Shown here one piece after another: positions 24,101-39,100 of a stretch of DNA of 64,000 nucleotides. A model generated the notes under the pieces. That model worked only from the letters and a program-made list of their open reading frames with translations. It had not been told where the DNA came from and did no database searches. Every line of letters begins with the position of its first letter. Within the stretch, counting starts at the first letter, position 1. A program made the translations under genes and the position numbers. The stretch is from Phoronis australis (taxonomy: Eukaryota > Animalia > Phoronida), in NCBI GenBank assembly GCA_002633005.1, contig NMRA01000031.1:1252542-1316541 (forward strand). The letters are read 5' to 3'.

Positions 24101-27100
24101 TTTCATTTCCTGATTATAATTTTGACACGCAATTCTCCAAGGATTGGTATCTTGGGCAGCATTTTCCCTAAACTGTATAGCCAACTAAGAGTACACGCAG
24201 TGGTAGATGAATTCATCAGAGGATACCCGAGCACTGACCATATATGGGGGAAAGAGATAGGAGTCGGATAGGTTGATGAAACGAACAGTTGTGCATGAAA
24301 AACTCTGAGATGGCTGAGTAAATTTAATTACCCATTTCCTACATGCCAAGAGTGGCCTCACTACAAGCAACAGTGCTGCAGTGGTGTAGGTCTTAAATCA
24401 CTCCATATGACCATGCAGCAATAGCTTGAAATTAGCTGGTTCAGTTGCCAACCCCCAACTTAGGAGAAGATAGGCTGGACACTGTAGGGAATGCTGAGTG
24501 TTAGACCATAGAGGTAAAAAATGAAGTTGCCGTGGGAGGTCACTGTGGGAGGTCACTGAAGGAGGTCACTGTGGGAGGTCACTGTGGGAGGTCACCGTGG
24601 GAGGTCATAATGGGGTCAAATGAGGTCAAAGTGACAGTAAGAGAGCCTCAGGCGCACATCAGGGAACACTTAGCAGGCAATTGATGGAGACAAGAGGAAG
24701 ACACCTTATACCCACTAACCATGGAATGAATCAGATATTGTAAATAATGTCTACAAACAGGAAATAGCAGCACTTACTTGGTGTCCATGTTGTAGCTGAT
24801 AGTTGACATGTTGGAAGTGGTTTGATCAGTGGCTGGCTGTAACAAACACTTGAATTTTACAGGTCTCTACAATAAACCATCAAAGCTAGTACACACCCAT
24901 CTTAGTCTTGGCATCAGTTGTTTACAATTTCATCTACACTGCAATTCGTATTCAACAGGACTGGACAATATGGTAAACAAATAAGTTGAGATAGCTGTAT
25001 GTGTGTAAAGCCCGGTGTGCCCTTATGCAAAATAATGCACTTTTTCAAGGAATTTGTTTTACTTGAGTTTTGCAAGTATTGGTGCATGCTTCACTTATAC
25101 AGGCAGATATACTTCATTTAGCAGCCAATGAATACACAGCAACATCCACCATTTTGTAACAGATACGTCAAGATTCACTCGCTTGGAATTTGAAAATGTT
25201 CAGTTTGAATCTAAGCCCAGATACGCGCAGACGTGGTGAGCAGCCTTAAGAGCCATCCTGTCACACTGACTTACCCCAGAACAAGTTACTCTTGGAATGA
25301 GTTGTCGGTAGGTTGGGTAGGTGTCTGGAGGCTATTTAAACTAGTGCAACTTGCCCCACTTGTGACAACTTACTCCAAATTATCGAGGGTAACTTGTTCT
25401 ACGGTAACTTGTGCCATCTACATATTTCATTGAAGACACGACTTTGATCTGTTTTTACTAGTTAAATTTCAGTTCTTTCCAACTCTCAAAATAGAGATCT
25501 TGTCTTTACATCACAACAGTGCAATAAAAATCCAAACATCAGTACGTAACATAATTTAAAAAGCGATATTTCGAGACACATACCTCATCTTCAGGCTACT
25601 ATTTACAACTAGTTCACAGTGAAACGCACATCATAAATGACAAATGTAATACAACACGTGGATCTCTATTTAGAGAGTTGGAAAGAACTGAAATTAAAGT
25701 AGTAAAAACAGATCAAAATCGTGTCTTCAATGAAATATACATATACATAGATTTTGGGTATTTTCCATGAACTTCCCACCATTTTGCAAAGGTCTGCATA
25801 TGCAGAGCGACAGCTTCCACCTTGTGCCAGTTATTGCATATATATATGTGCGTGGACGCTCTGCTTGAAGTTGTTGCTGGGTAAACATGTGTGTGAATCC
25901 ATGAAACTTTAAACATGGACCTTGTCAAGAAAAATTCTGCATAACAGTCCCGGAGTGATGACATAAATTAACAGACAGTTGTGCTTGATCAATAATCAAT
26001 AATCAATATGATCAATAATCAATAACCAATCAAAGTCATTTCTATCTCATCGGTTCACACATTTCAAAGTTATTCCATAATATGATTTCAATCTCAAAAA
26101 GCAATATTCGAGGCATGATTCTATGCACGAAGACATAAATGGAATTGTAGATTTCAAACTCGGTCGTTCATTCCACAACTAGAATGCACAATAAGAGTGC
26201 GTCCATATCATCTTGTGACCTTGACAACGACCTTGGCACACATCTTGATAAATGGGATTGGGAGGACTGGAAACCGGTGCCTCGACACAGCCTAAGGTGT
26301 TATTCAGATTGTACAGTGCTTATCTTTTTCTCCATTTTTGAGATTTAACCGAGATTTACGTTTGTTTGACAGGGCCTTCAAAAGAGCGAGAGGAGTCTGA
26401 TGAGGTATATAAGATGTTAACATACCAGTTTTTTAACAGGTGGAGCTGTTATGATTTCATGAGTCTCCTGAAACAACAAAGGACACCGGTTAATAAAGGA
26501 ACCGGGACTTTGTATTTCATACATTTATTCCAATTTATAACGAACTAAGAAGGGAAACAAAGCTAATTTTGTAAACACACGCACACACTGAAAGATGATT
26601 ACGTACCAGTTTTTTGATAGGTGGAGCTCTTATGATTTCATGAGAGTCCTAAAACAGCAAAGGAAGCTAAATTGTTAACCAACTACAATGTTTAATTCAA
26701 TAAATTTATTCAAATTAGTAATCAAATCCCACATAACCTCGAGTAGTTTTTATGCCAAATTAAAGTAAATATATCATTCAATAACAATGTTGGAGTTAAA
26801 TGCATTTGAAAACATTTCATAAATAAAACAGGACTATATTTCGTACAGCCTAGTTCTGGTAGGCCGGAGTTTTGAGTTATAGGAAGGCGACATATAAAAG
26901 CGTTAAGGATATCTCAAACCTTATTCACAAAAGTTGGCCATTTAGACAATATTTCACATGCGTCTAACAAAATATCTTATCTTCATTCTCGGGAAACTTC
27001 AAACAGGAAATATATACCATGTAGCGAGAAAAGAAGATTTAGCAGAATCACCTTGGAACTGCACAACCGCGAGGAAATAAGTTTACTAGTACTAATCCGA

Positions 27101-30100
27101 GGTCAAAGGTTACGGGGCTGTCACTCAAATCGAATCTCCATCTCTTTTGTCCGAAATTTGTGAGATATTAGCGTAAAGTAAAATGTAACACCTAGAGCAT
27201 CTCCCACTACCCGCAACATAACAGTGTGTACTATACCTTATTTTGAGCAGAAGCAGTCTTACAGCATGACTGGCTCACCTGTAAACAAAAACAACAACAG
27301 CGTTAGGTTTTAACAAAACAGGCTGCAGCGTCACAGGTGCGTTAATAGTGCTGTTCCCATGCGAATTACAGTTGAAGTAATCACGTTATTTTTTCTTCTA
27401 AAATTTTAATAGGAAAAATTTTAGCATTAGGACATGACTTACTTCGTATTCTGAGTTCCAACAAATTTTCCCGGTTTACGGTAATAACAGGAAATTTTAT
27501 TGATGAGTTATCACGGTAAACTGCTTACTTAAGAATTGATGCCTGCGAATAGGAATGACAAAACACTGGTATTCCGGCAGTCATGAGGAATCCGTGGGGG
27601 ACTTAATCCAGTTAATTTTTAGTGAAATATTTCTGGCGTTTCGAAATACATAGCTAATGATTGAGTACCGTCTTGAACAAAAAATACAGGGACCTCATAG
27701 AGAATAGATAATTACAAAAGGTAAAGTTACCTTAAAAATTCAAAAAATATTGCAAAAATGACATTTTTCAAAGTCTAACATTGTTGCTAAGAGTGACGAA
27801 TGATCACAACTTCATCGAACCCTGATGACTGCTGTACAAACAGTACTGAAATCAAGCTTTTTTAACTTATTTTTATCGAGAAATTTGAAAATTAAAGTAA
27901 ATTCTACTGTGACAATGTATTGTAGACTGCATAAGCTTTACCAGTAAAGCCTAGTAACATAAATGTCTTTATGCAAAGAATGCTTGTGGGTCCTAGACCA
28001 GGAAAAGACTTCCTAGCAATCAAATACCCGAAACAATATACATCTGGTAAGCAAACCACAAAATGCCAGGAAAAATCTTAATCCACTGGAATCCTAATTA
28101 TTTATAGTAAAAGTGACTCCACAGGAAGATGAAGCCAAAGAAAAATTGAATTAATGATGAACAGAGCTGGGGATTGAATGTGAGCCAAGACCAAGGTTTT
28201 GAGCAGATGATGTACCAAGCTTTAGGCAGACAACGCACACAGGAGCAGACGGCACTGAGCTGAGCAGACGCAGCAAGTGAGTAACAGGTCATTAGTCATT
28301 CCAAGAGAGGCTGCCAACTTGGGAATCAACACTACCGCCTCATCAGAGAATCATCACACAGATACCAGGTTAAAACTTGATGTATTTCACACATGCTTCC
28401 ACAAACTCAAGCTTTCAATCTTTTATCATACTAACACATTCTCCAGTTGTTCTAGCTACAGACCTAGTCGCTATAATAACTTGTACAGACGTATCTATGT
28501 TGCAATGCTATTTTCGACAAAATATCTACTGATACTCTACTTCATTGTTGTCAAAGATGTCTAAATTACAATTGTCGCTAACAGCATTTGATACAATTCT
28601 AAGTATTTGCTGAACGTGGTTAATTTTTCAAAAATTAAACTGGCTATAAATTTGTCATAAATTAAGAACTTTTTCTGTAGATAAAAAAGCCAAAAACGAA
28701 TGTTTTTATTTTCTACACAAGCACAACAGCTAGAATATTATACCTGGTGATTACCAATATAGAAACAAGTAATGACTACATTCTAATGCCTATTCTGGTT
28801 CCCATAAATGATGAAAATGATATTCCTAAAAACTGTTGAGGTCTTCTATTGAAATAATGAATGACAAGATACAAATGTATATAAACTTGAAAAAAACACA
28901 AAAAGCCACACAAAGCAAATCCCACAATTCTGCTCATGAATAACCACCACAGCTCCACAAGAACACCTCAAATATTGACATATTGAATCACTATTCCTGC
29001 TAGATATGTGAGCATTTCTTGTTGCCTGGGAGAAAAATATTGTGAGTATTTGACATAAGCCAATCAAAATAGTCTAAATAACAAAAATTAAGAATACCAT
29101 GAAGATGTAGAGTATGGTCAGTCAAACACTCAACCTGAGAACGCTGTTAGAAGAATACATACATAGTTAGTGGAGTTTCAGTTACACCACCAAGGTGAAG
29201 TGCTTTTCCAGGCAGTCCAGTGATTCAGTCTCTGTACTAGAATACTGTATCTCCCTCAATAGTTTTGAAAAATGATATAATAGTGAAATCCTATAATGTA
29301 GCTTTCCTCAAGACAGCCAATGCAGTCACACTTCAGCAGAGTAAGCCGAACAATTAGGGAAACGCCGAGGAATAACATTTCTTTACAAAGTGTAACAGAT
29401 AGTTGATGTAGTCTCTCAGCACACACCATCTCCACATGATAACAAACAGTGTTATTTTAGAGTAAAGAACAGGCTAATAAAAACTGAAACACAGAAACTA
29501 AAGGCAGAATTCAAGAGAGCAAGAGGTACACTCACTCCAAAGCTATGCATTGGTTTGATGGAGTATCAAGTTGTGACCATGGGTCTCAGAATGCAGCCTA
29601 CTATTCACTCTCGACCTTTGAGTCATGTCCGGCCAACCATATCCACAGATGATATATCACAAACACCAGTAATCATTAACCGCGCTTGACTGACCAGTCA
29701 CCTGGTGTCTATTCATGTCTCACCTGAGACCTACCAACCAGGTGAGGTATGGGGTCATATTCACCTTACAGTACACCAACCTACACACATTCCCACACCG
29801 TGACGTCCAGGTGAGAAGAGCTCATCTCTCCACACAGCAGTCTACATTGAGCCATATCTTCAGGCCTGGGAAACAGTCTCACGTACACCACCAATCACGC
29901 AGACCTGCCACAAATACTCACATCCCACGTTGATTCCACAACTCTGCATACTTGTTGCTGTGCAATACGACAACGTACTCACTTGACTACTAAAGCATTT
30001 ACACCTACACGTGGACTACATAAGATCTGCTACAGCTTTGTTATTTTTAGACATAAAAGTAAATTTATCTCAAGTTAGAAATCGCACGTGACATTTTGAA

Positions 30101-33100
30101 GCAACTGAAATTTTGAACACTTTGAAATGTTAAGTAAAGTGTGTAAACTTAGGGAAACTTTGAAAAGAGAAAATGCATGCCATAAATCAAAAATACGTTG
30201 ACAGTTCAGTTTTTAGGAAAAATACAACCCTTCCGGCTGAGTAGTCCACCAAAAATGCAGGCAGTTTACTTTAACTCCATGCACCAATGCAAAAATACAT
30301 TTCAAAAGCATTAGCATTCCAGTCTGTCATCTGGGAAATTAGTGTACAGATAATCTAACTCCAGCTAGATATATAAAATATATATTCATGAACAGTACAC
30401 CAACAGGGATACTGGAACATGACAACATGGTGTCTAATAAAAAGATGGTCACCTGCAGTATGAAGTTAACTGTACACCTGTAGTTAGTCTAGTGTCAAGC
30501 GAGTGATGACCAGCTAACAGTAGATGGTGGGAACCAGGGCAGCAAGGACCAGATGTGGTGTATCAACATGTGAGGACACTCTGGGGATACATGTCAAATG
30601 AGCTCAAAAGTGGGAGTTGTCTCACTCAACTACTGTACAAATAAAGAGAGCATGGACACTTGAGCTGATGCCGAAATGTGATCTTCACAAATGACCTGTT
30701 GCTGGGGGGTATTATCAAGCACTCCAAACCACAGTTTGGCCCAGTCAACAATTTTCGCTGACAATTTTCTCTTGCATTTGAGAAGAGAATAAAATGTGTG
30801 ACAAGGCTATAGGAGGGCAGGAACACCGAAACTGCAAGAACAGCACACGAGAATGAAAATATTTTGGAATAATGTTTGGAGCTGATGGGTGATACCAACG
30901 ACATAAATAATATTCTCGCTAAATGCAAATTCCCTTTGTTAACAACATCACTACGATTCAAAACTATAAGATATTTGTGAAAACCAAAAACTGCTTTATT
31001 TTGATGATCCTAAGTAACAATTAAGACATACCATCCTAATCCATTGCATAAACAAAAGATTGAGGATCTATTCTGGAGCAGAAACAGCAATGTCGCTGTG
31101 TTGTGTGTGTGTGTGTGTGTACACTGTTTCTATCACATAAGAAGCACTTACAACTTACAAGGGAGACAGTTGTCACGGAGCAACCAACACGGAGCAGCTG
31201 ATCGGGCGCAAGCATGTGTGTACACACAACTGACACGGAGCAAGTTGACACTACGGAGACCATTTTTGACAACGGTTTGAGAGGTAGAGCGAGTTGCACT
31301 AGATCGGTTGCTCTAGTTCCAACTATACGTCTAAACACAACTGGGACAGGGTGGAAAGGGATTATCTGTCAATGCGCTTGTGCAATAGCGTATATACGGG
31401 TGATCCGCTGGTATTTTGGATGTTCACTTTTGTTTATGCGAGCATGCACAGTACTTGCGTAAATGACTCGCGCTGATCCAGTTTACAATCTGATGTTGTG
31501 TAAATGCAACTGAAGTGGAGCAAGATGCGCCGTGACAACTCGCACCGTGTCAACTCGCACCATGACAACTCGCACCGTGTCAACTGTTCCCCGTGTAAAG
31601 ACAGCTATAGATTAAACCCATGACAAGTCTACAGTTCCATCAAAGCGCGATCCCCATGGTATACCGATCACTATCTACCCAATGGTATGGACGTGTGTGT
31701 TAAAATCAGCACATGTCGCATTACTCTCCAAAAGCCACATAGATTCTCACCATGATACACATCTTCTAGCCTCAAGTTATAGTTCTAGCCTCAAGTTATA
31801 GTACTATCTTGATTACTATGTGTATAGTGAGTCAGGGATCACTCAGAAGAACTACAAGTTTGTGTCGGTTGTGAAACAAGTAAATGACAGGAATAAAAAG
31901 ACACGTTCGACACAAAAAGACAACCCAATCAGTCCTACGAAGAACAAACTAGAGGGGCGCTGTCGCCAATACCAGATCATGAGAGGAGGTCCAACTCTTC
32001 CATCCAGACACAAGACACAGTTTCTCCATGGAGCACAGGTCAACAACTGCAAACTGCTGTTAAAAGCTCCAACAAACAGCCCCAATGAATGCAATAACAA
32101 GTGAAGAGTTGTAATCTTGTTAACAGAATTCTCTCCTCTTCTGGGACTAATCACGGAGATGGAATGATTACTAGCTGCTCTTCTGGATCTAATAAATTCT
32201 GGGAACTCTTTTTCAGAGCGAAACAGATTCTTGGCTAAACTGCTCCTCCTGTAGACAATATGGCAGTATGCGTGCTGTCTAAACAGCCGCTGTTTTTAAC
32301 ACTGACAATTTCATATGATGACAAACAGGTCAGGATGGGAAGCCATCGGAAGACGGTCGCACAAACTGTTGGGGATGTAGAGTAGAAACCAGTCAAACGG
32401 AAAATATTTTTAGTTTGTAGAAGTTTTAAAACCGAAATTTCGGTAACAACCCATAACAATTCGCAATGCAACCATGAATTTGTTGAATGTCCAATCTTGA
32501 TCTAAGTCAGATTTACAGGAGGAGCTACAATAGAAAAAGCAAGGCAAAAACCCATGCACATGTGGTTTCAATACGAGTGACCTCTCAACTGGTACACACA
32601 AGAGATGAACAATAAGCTAGCTTCAGAAAACTGACTGAATGCTGATCACCTGTCACGGTATTCATAGCAATACAAGAACGTCAAAACGAATACAACGTAA
32701 TCCACAACTACTACACAGACACCAGTTTACACACTCTCTCAATCAATGAATACACGCCACAGAACAACTTGCGAAGGCCTGAATTTTTGTTTGAGTTTTG
32801 TTGTAAATAAACTATCAGCCTCAAGCAATACAACATAGCACAAGGATGAGACCTAGAAAGGTTGACCTCAAATATGTACTTCGGGGCTATCGAGAAAAAG
32901 GTGAACCAAAAATAAAGCAGTGATGTGACCCAAAATTGCTCAATCGGCCATGTTTATTGACTAACATTGTGTAAATTAGCGGGAACAATACAAAAGTGGG
33001 GTGTAAATAAAACAGTACATACCACAGCCTATCTCTGCTCCTTCACTCCCAGGTTCTCCACTTAAAAAACGTAAATTCCTTGATAAAAAATAAAGCCAAC

Positions 33101-36100
33101 AAACTACAGACCAGGGGAAATAAAAGAGCTGTTTGGAGCAGCGACTGTTTACAGCTGGCCTCGGAGAGTGTGCTTTATAAGGCAAGGCTGCATATCAAGT
33201 TGCATTCCACAAATGGCAGGCTGACATGCAGGAGAAGTCACATCACAGCCAAGGGGAGGCGTGGGGTTCCCAACAGGGCTTCAACAGCAGCACTTGAACT
33301 GGCAGCAGTTGAACTGGCTTTGATGTGTGCAGCAAATTTGAACAGATAGATGTTGGATGAGCTGTCAGAGTGACTGATTGATGAGTGGAAAGGACATAAA
33401 ATTACTATTGCAATGACTGCAGCAGCGCTGGCTGACTGAAGCTGAATATGTCTGGGTTCATGACAGGGGTCAAGTAATTCACTGATAACTTGGTTCCAGT
33501 CAGAGACCTCTTTCAGGATAGATTCAAGGTAAACTTGACTTCATCAACACAATGAATTGGGAGTGAGCAACAGAAAAGTAACAGAGAATCCAGCATCCAG
33601 TTCACAGGGAGTATACAACTTTGGACACCTTTAAACAGGGGGGAGGTGGAGGGGCACAAGGCGCTACAGATTTAAGAAATTTATGACATGGTAATATACC
33701 TACAAACACAAGATGACTAAACAGCATTTTTTTTTTCACAAATTTTGTGTTCCAACTGCTGGGAATGCAGCGCAAACAATGCCATATACCATCATTGGTA
33801 AGCTAAATAGTCACTTTCAAATGTAAAACTGTACCCAACTAAACAGGAACACCCCTTCCCTATCTCAATAAGATCCTCCTTCCCCAGGCAACAGATAATT
33901 TTGAAAGACGAATGTATAGCACTCCATTATTTGTCAAGAGTGCACTGTAACTTAAGGCATGTAAACTCAAATAGTGACAAATAAAACTAATATTTTTAAA
34001 AATAGTGCGTGTTTAGGTAGCGGGACTGCCCGCTGTTATGACATACAATCTAAAGGTCACAGCTTTGTGACAGTCTTGCCTTGAAGGATACTTGCACTAA
34101 AACCATAACAAGTACAGTAATTTCAAGGTTATACTTTCACAGCACCCCAGAAAAAGCCCGAGTTTGGCATACTTCTAAACATCATACCTCAGAAACGGCT
34201 GATTGGATTCGTATGAAACTTTCCGATACTATGATTTATACACTGTTCTCAGTGTGGAATTGTCTTTGGATTGAACCTTTTCTGCATGAGGGGCTATCCG
34301 AAAGGACAATTATGATTTTTATGAAAAAAAATAAGTTACCTAAAACAAATTGATATTTCACCATGAAACTTATATCAAATTGAATTGGGAAAAGTTATTG
34401 ATATCATTGTCTCGTTATGATTGTACCAATCTTTGTGCTATGTGCTAAGTTTTTCTAAAAGGACATGGACGCAGGACACAATCAAGGGTAGACTGGTATG
34501 AACATCAAATTCTACTGGCTTTCTACTTTCAGGAAATAATCTGTTTTATTCCAGAGCTTTGAACATATTTTGCGGAATTCACACACTTGCCGATTGGTTA
34601 ATATAAGACCCTACAAAGACGTCCAAATTTGACTAAGTTCAGAACATCATATCTCATAACTGGCAGATTGGAGGAAACCTTCAGACAATACACCTTGTAC
34701 ACCTTTACTAAAAAAAACGTTGCAAAAATTGTTTTAAAGTGCCCCACTTTTGTATGAGGAGCATTTTGTAGATAGACACAGACTTGTTGATAAGGTCCTG
34801 AATAACCTTAACCACATGTAAAGATCTTGTTATGTGTAACACCTGTGAGAGATTTAACAGCGCTTTGGAAACAACCCTGCAGATTTATGAATTAACTGAC
34901 TACAGCACCAGGAAAACCTCAAGAATACTAAAACTAGGAAGACGTAGTTGGTAGTGTCTGTCTGTGCGCACTTATTATCACTGATACGTGCTGAGGAGAG
35001 GCAAAAAATGACAGCAAATAGAACAAACTCTTCCTAGTACAGACAGCACTTGTTACAGAATTCACAAAAACTGGTTGCCAAGTCAACGTTGTGAATCTTA
35101 ATTCCTGCTTTCAACCATAAAGCATAAAAAATAAAAAAAAGAACGCGGAACTTTGATATTCGTCCACAGCAGTAGTCCAAGTAGCCAATACTCATAATCA
35201 TTCTTAGAGTGGATTTGACTAAAAACAGCAATGAAAATGGCTACTAGGTGGTGCAAAATACATCAAATCCGTCTGAAACATTAAGGCGGTATAGTCACAG
35301 TAATACATACGTATTTGTCAAATTTCATGAACATCTATCAGGGCACTATGAAGATGCAGAGACAAACGTTAAAAACAAAATTGACCCGGTAATCACATCC
35401 ATTCGAAATGCACCCACGCCGCCCTACCCAAGAAAGGAACATATCTGCAAAATTTCATAAACATCAATCCAGGAGTTTTAAGAGTCGCAGCGGCGGACAA
35501 TGGATGCTAAACAGACAGGTATGACGGCATAACGCACCAACACATAAAAATGTGGGTGCATAAAAAAGCCGTGGCCATTACATATTATGAGACCACTAAG
35601 GGACAGCATACTTGATCTAAAACAGATGTATCAAAATAATGTGACCCCAGATCTGAACTCTTACTCAAGAAAAACTTGGCACCCTTACAGAAAACACTTG
35701 CCAAATACCGTAATGAAATGCAGCATTTGCGATTGGTTAAGAACGTGCGGCAACCAACTGTTTCACCACTCTAGATCATTTTCATGAAAACGATGGAGTC
35801 ATATCATTTAAAACATATTAAGTGTAAATTGCAAGTAAATGAAATGAAAATATGTAACAGGTTTGAATCTGTCTGGATCACCAAACCAGGGAGAAAACAG
35901 ACAGAAAAAATCATGACACTAAACCAGAGCCAAGAGTGGGATTGAAAATTATGTCAGATTCCTGATATGCCAGGCACTGCCCTAGCTTTCTTTACGTAGC
36001 ATACATTTTAAATGAAAGTAGAACAACATGAGTCTGTAGAAAGCTGGGGTTCAGCTGAATATGTCGGCGCCTTCAATAATTTTTACCTTCCTAAACGCTT

Positions 36101-39100
36101 GCAAAGTTAAGGTTAAGACCTGTTGAAACCGTGTAAATTGGGCGATTCTTTGGTATTTTTGCACAAACATAATTGCCAAAAATGTTGCGTTTCCATTCTT
36201 GAAATTCTGAGAAACATTCTTGAAACAAGTAGCTAATTTTCGCTTGCTTCATGGCAGCCGTGCAGTCAATAAAACGAAACTTTCTTAGTGCTTGATTTTG
36301 TAAAGAAATTTAAATTTCAAAAAAATATAATTCCATATTGCCACATCGTGTGTAGAAACAACAATCTTACTTGTTGGCACAGAGCTAAACAGCCGTCCAC
36401 ATGGAATCACCCCGGGGTACTTTTCAAAGACCACATTTTGTTGGTAGTGGTATCGTGATTACGTTAAGTACAAAATCCACGTGAAATTTGACTGCCAGAC
36501 GTGATGATGGCATCGTCATGATGTTCCATACTGTTATGAAAATGGGATCAAATTAGTCCTCAGTCAAATTGGAAGGGATTTCAGTGCTTTGACAAAACTG
36601 ACAGTTTATTGTTGGTCTAGACAAGGCGCAACAAGTCGGCTCGTTATGTGCAGAGCATAGTGTCAAGGAATAACTATCGGTTCTTCGCAAACTCAGGAAT
36701 CACTTCCCATCTGATAAAGAAAACAATTGAGGCCAATTTCATAGCTGTAAGTTGTCCAAATCAAAAGTTCACTACTAGACGTTTTGAGAGACGCTGATGC
36801 AATATTTAGTTATCTCAACGGGCCATAAGGAAGTTAAAATGCCAATGTTAAAAATGAATCCAGTTTAAAATAATGGCAAAATGAAATAGCTCAGAAATGA
36901 TTCAAGCTTAGACTCTGTGGGGTATTGTAAGCTGGCACATGTGGGCAATAACTCCAAACAATAACACAGCCCCTCTACATCACAATGTTACATCAGAAGT
37001 AAAGCCAGACACTCACCTCATGTTCACAACCTTCATGGCAGACAAAATCACACGCTGAAACAAAATAGAAATGACTAGATTAAAAAATTGAGATCAAAAC
37101 AGCCTGATGGATGATAATAATTCTCACTTAATGCGATTTTAATGACATAAATGATTTACAGAAACCAGTCAGTGCATAGCCGCTCAGTATGTACTTTAAG
37201 CCTATTAGAGCCAGAGAATGTGCTCGACACAATCATACACATGTAACAATGAGCAGAGAACAGAGAGGAAATGCAGTAGACCACGGTAAAAACCCTCCCA
37301 TTGATTCACCCTGAAGTTATTGGCGTTAACTCCAATTGACTTCCTCTAAATGTTAAGTTGTGGACACCATGGACCTCAGTGGTTATGTTCGACGTCAATT
37401 TCATAACTGTAATAACTATTCTGAGGAAGAAAGCTTAAGACGGAAGAGCTCTGACATTTGCCATCAAAGAGTTTTCTGAACAAGGAAAAATGATAGGCTT
37501 GACATCCTTCATGCTCAACCACAAATAGAATAAAGTACAGTGGAATCAATCTAACCAATTGACGTAGGACGCAATATGGCGGAGAAGTGAAATTTAATTT
37601 TTTTCATAACAGTTTCGTGACATCAAAAATACTTCATCTCTTAAGTTAGTTGATAATTGTTTCTGTATGAAATTAAGAAATTTTTACCGCATTAGGGTAA
37701 AACGGTCAATTACTCCCACTTAATACATGATGGTAAAACGCCACAAGATCCTGTTGAATACATCCAGACAGGATCATTGCAAGCCATGCAAAAGGGTACA
37801 TGATGGTAAAACACCACAAGATCCTGTTGAATACATCCAGACAGGATCACTCCAAGCCATGCAAAAGGGTACATGATGGTAAAACACCACAAGATCCTGT
37901 TGAATACATCCAGACAGGATCACTCCAAGCCATGCAAAAGGGTACATGATGGTAAAACACCACAAGATCCTGTTCAATACATCCAGACAGGATCATAGCA
38001 AGCCATGCAAAATGGAAGGTAGTTGAGAAAGTCAAGTCAAGTCGACCTTCGCCAAGATTTTCAATCTCCAGGCGACAAATGTGATTTGCTCCCAATTTTT
38101 ATTATCCAGTAATTGTTGTATCAAAAGCATCAAAAATTTCCTTCAATATTTTTTATATTGGGCAAGAGAAACTAGCTGAATCAAATAGGCAAGAGCACAG
38201 AGTATAATCTATGTGACTGGAACTGTCTTTTTTCATATTTCAGAGGTTATCACTACACAGATGATCAAAAAGTCTATATCTTAACAGAAAATTTGCCACA
38301 TCATATTGGTTGAATTACGTTTCAGGAGTCGAATAAGTGGTGCTGGTCAAGAATTAACACAGGTAGTTCACGGAACGACAATCAAAGAGGGTTTTATTCT
38401 GCGTACACCACCACCAATGCTATTTGCATCATGGAAAACAGAAATACTGATAGAGCGTCAATCAATGAAAGCCGGAGACTCAAACATTACACCATTACGT
38501 TTAAAGTAGAGGATCTGAACATACTTTCATACATGCACCTCTAAAGAGGACGCAGAATAAGTGCCGGGTTTCGCAAAAGTGCCGAGTCTTGTATAAATGC
38601 CGAGGCTCTTAAGTTTATAGTCAAATAAGCAACCGGGCGCTCAATCAAGCTAATACATTAGTTCATATGACAAATCAAATTCCAGTCAAACAAAGTTACC
38701 TGGACACAGACTAGCTTTACTCCAGATCACTTGCCCACAGACTGCACACTCTCGGGGTCGCTCTAGAGTCTTGCTACAGAACTGGTGACGGTTTGAGGCC
38801 GCCTTCTGGAATAAAAGAGAACAAAAACATTTACTAGGGCTGCAGAACACGTAACGTGAAATGTACTAGTTGGGGTAATGCCCACAGAATTTAAATTGAA
38901 ATACAATACACACCAAACCTAATCAGTCAAAAGTCCCCTCCTCTCACAACCTACCTAAGAACAACCTGCACTGGTGCAAGTTACGCCACTTTTGAGTGGA
39001 GCGTCCACACGCACACGAACACGCACACGCACACATCCGATAACTAGGGTAAGGTGCGGGGCAATGAATGCCTAATGCGATTATGGCGTGCAAAAGGAAA

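Noticed and set aside
25275-25417. Apparent exons with GTAAGT donors ([15 protein letters not shown] or PPDTYPTY...)
   Set aside because: Sequence is an inverted copy of the dispersed repeat at 39175-39345 and is not needed for phase continuity
26423-26664. ~60-bp diverged direct repeat pair
   Set aside because: Simple local duplication with no coding or structural signal
27822-27856. CTGATGA...GAAA hammerhead-like string
   Set aside because: No credible stem I, stem III or cleavage triplet
28098-28292. Cys-rich ORF as alternative first exon
   Set aside because: Its only plausible donor is weak and would create a TGA on joining the phase-2 acceptor at 23302
37724-38012. Repeat array with hairpins resembling CRISPR
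   Set aside because: Units are near-identical over their whole 73 bp with no unique spacers, no cas genes, and a eukaryotic intron context
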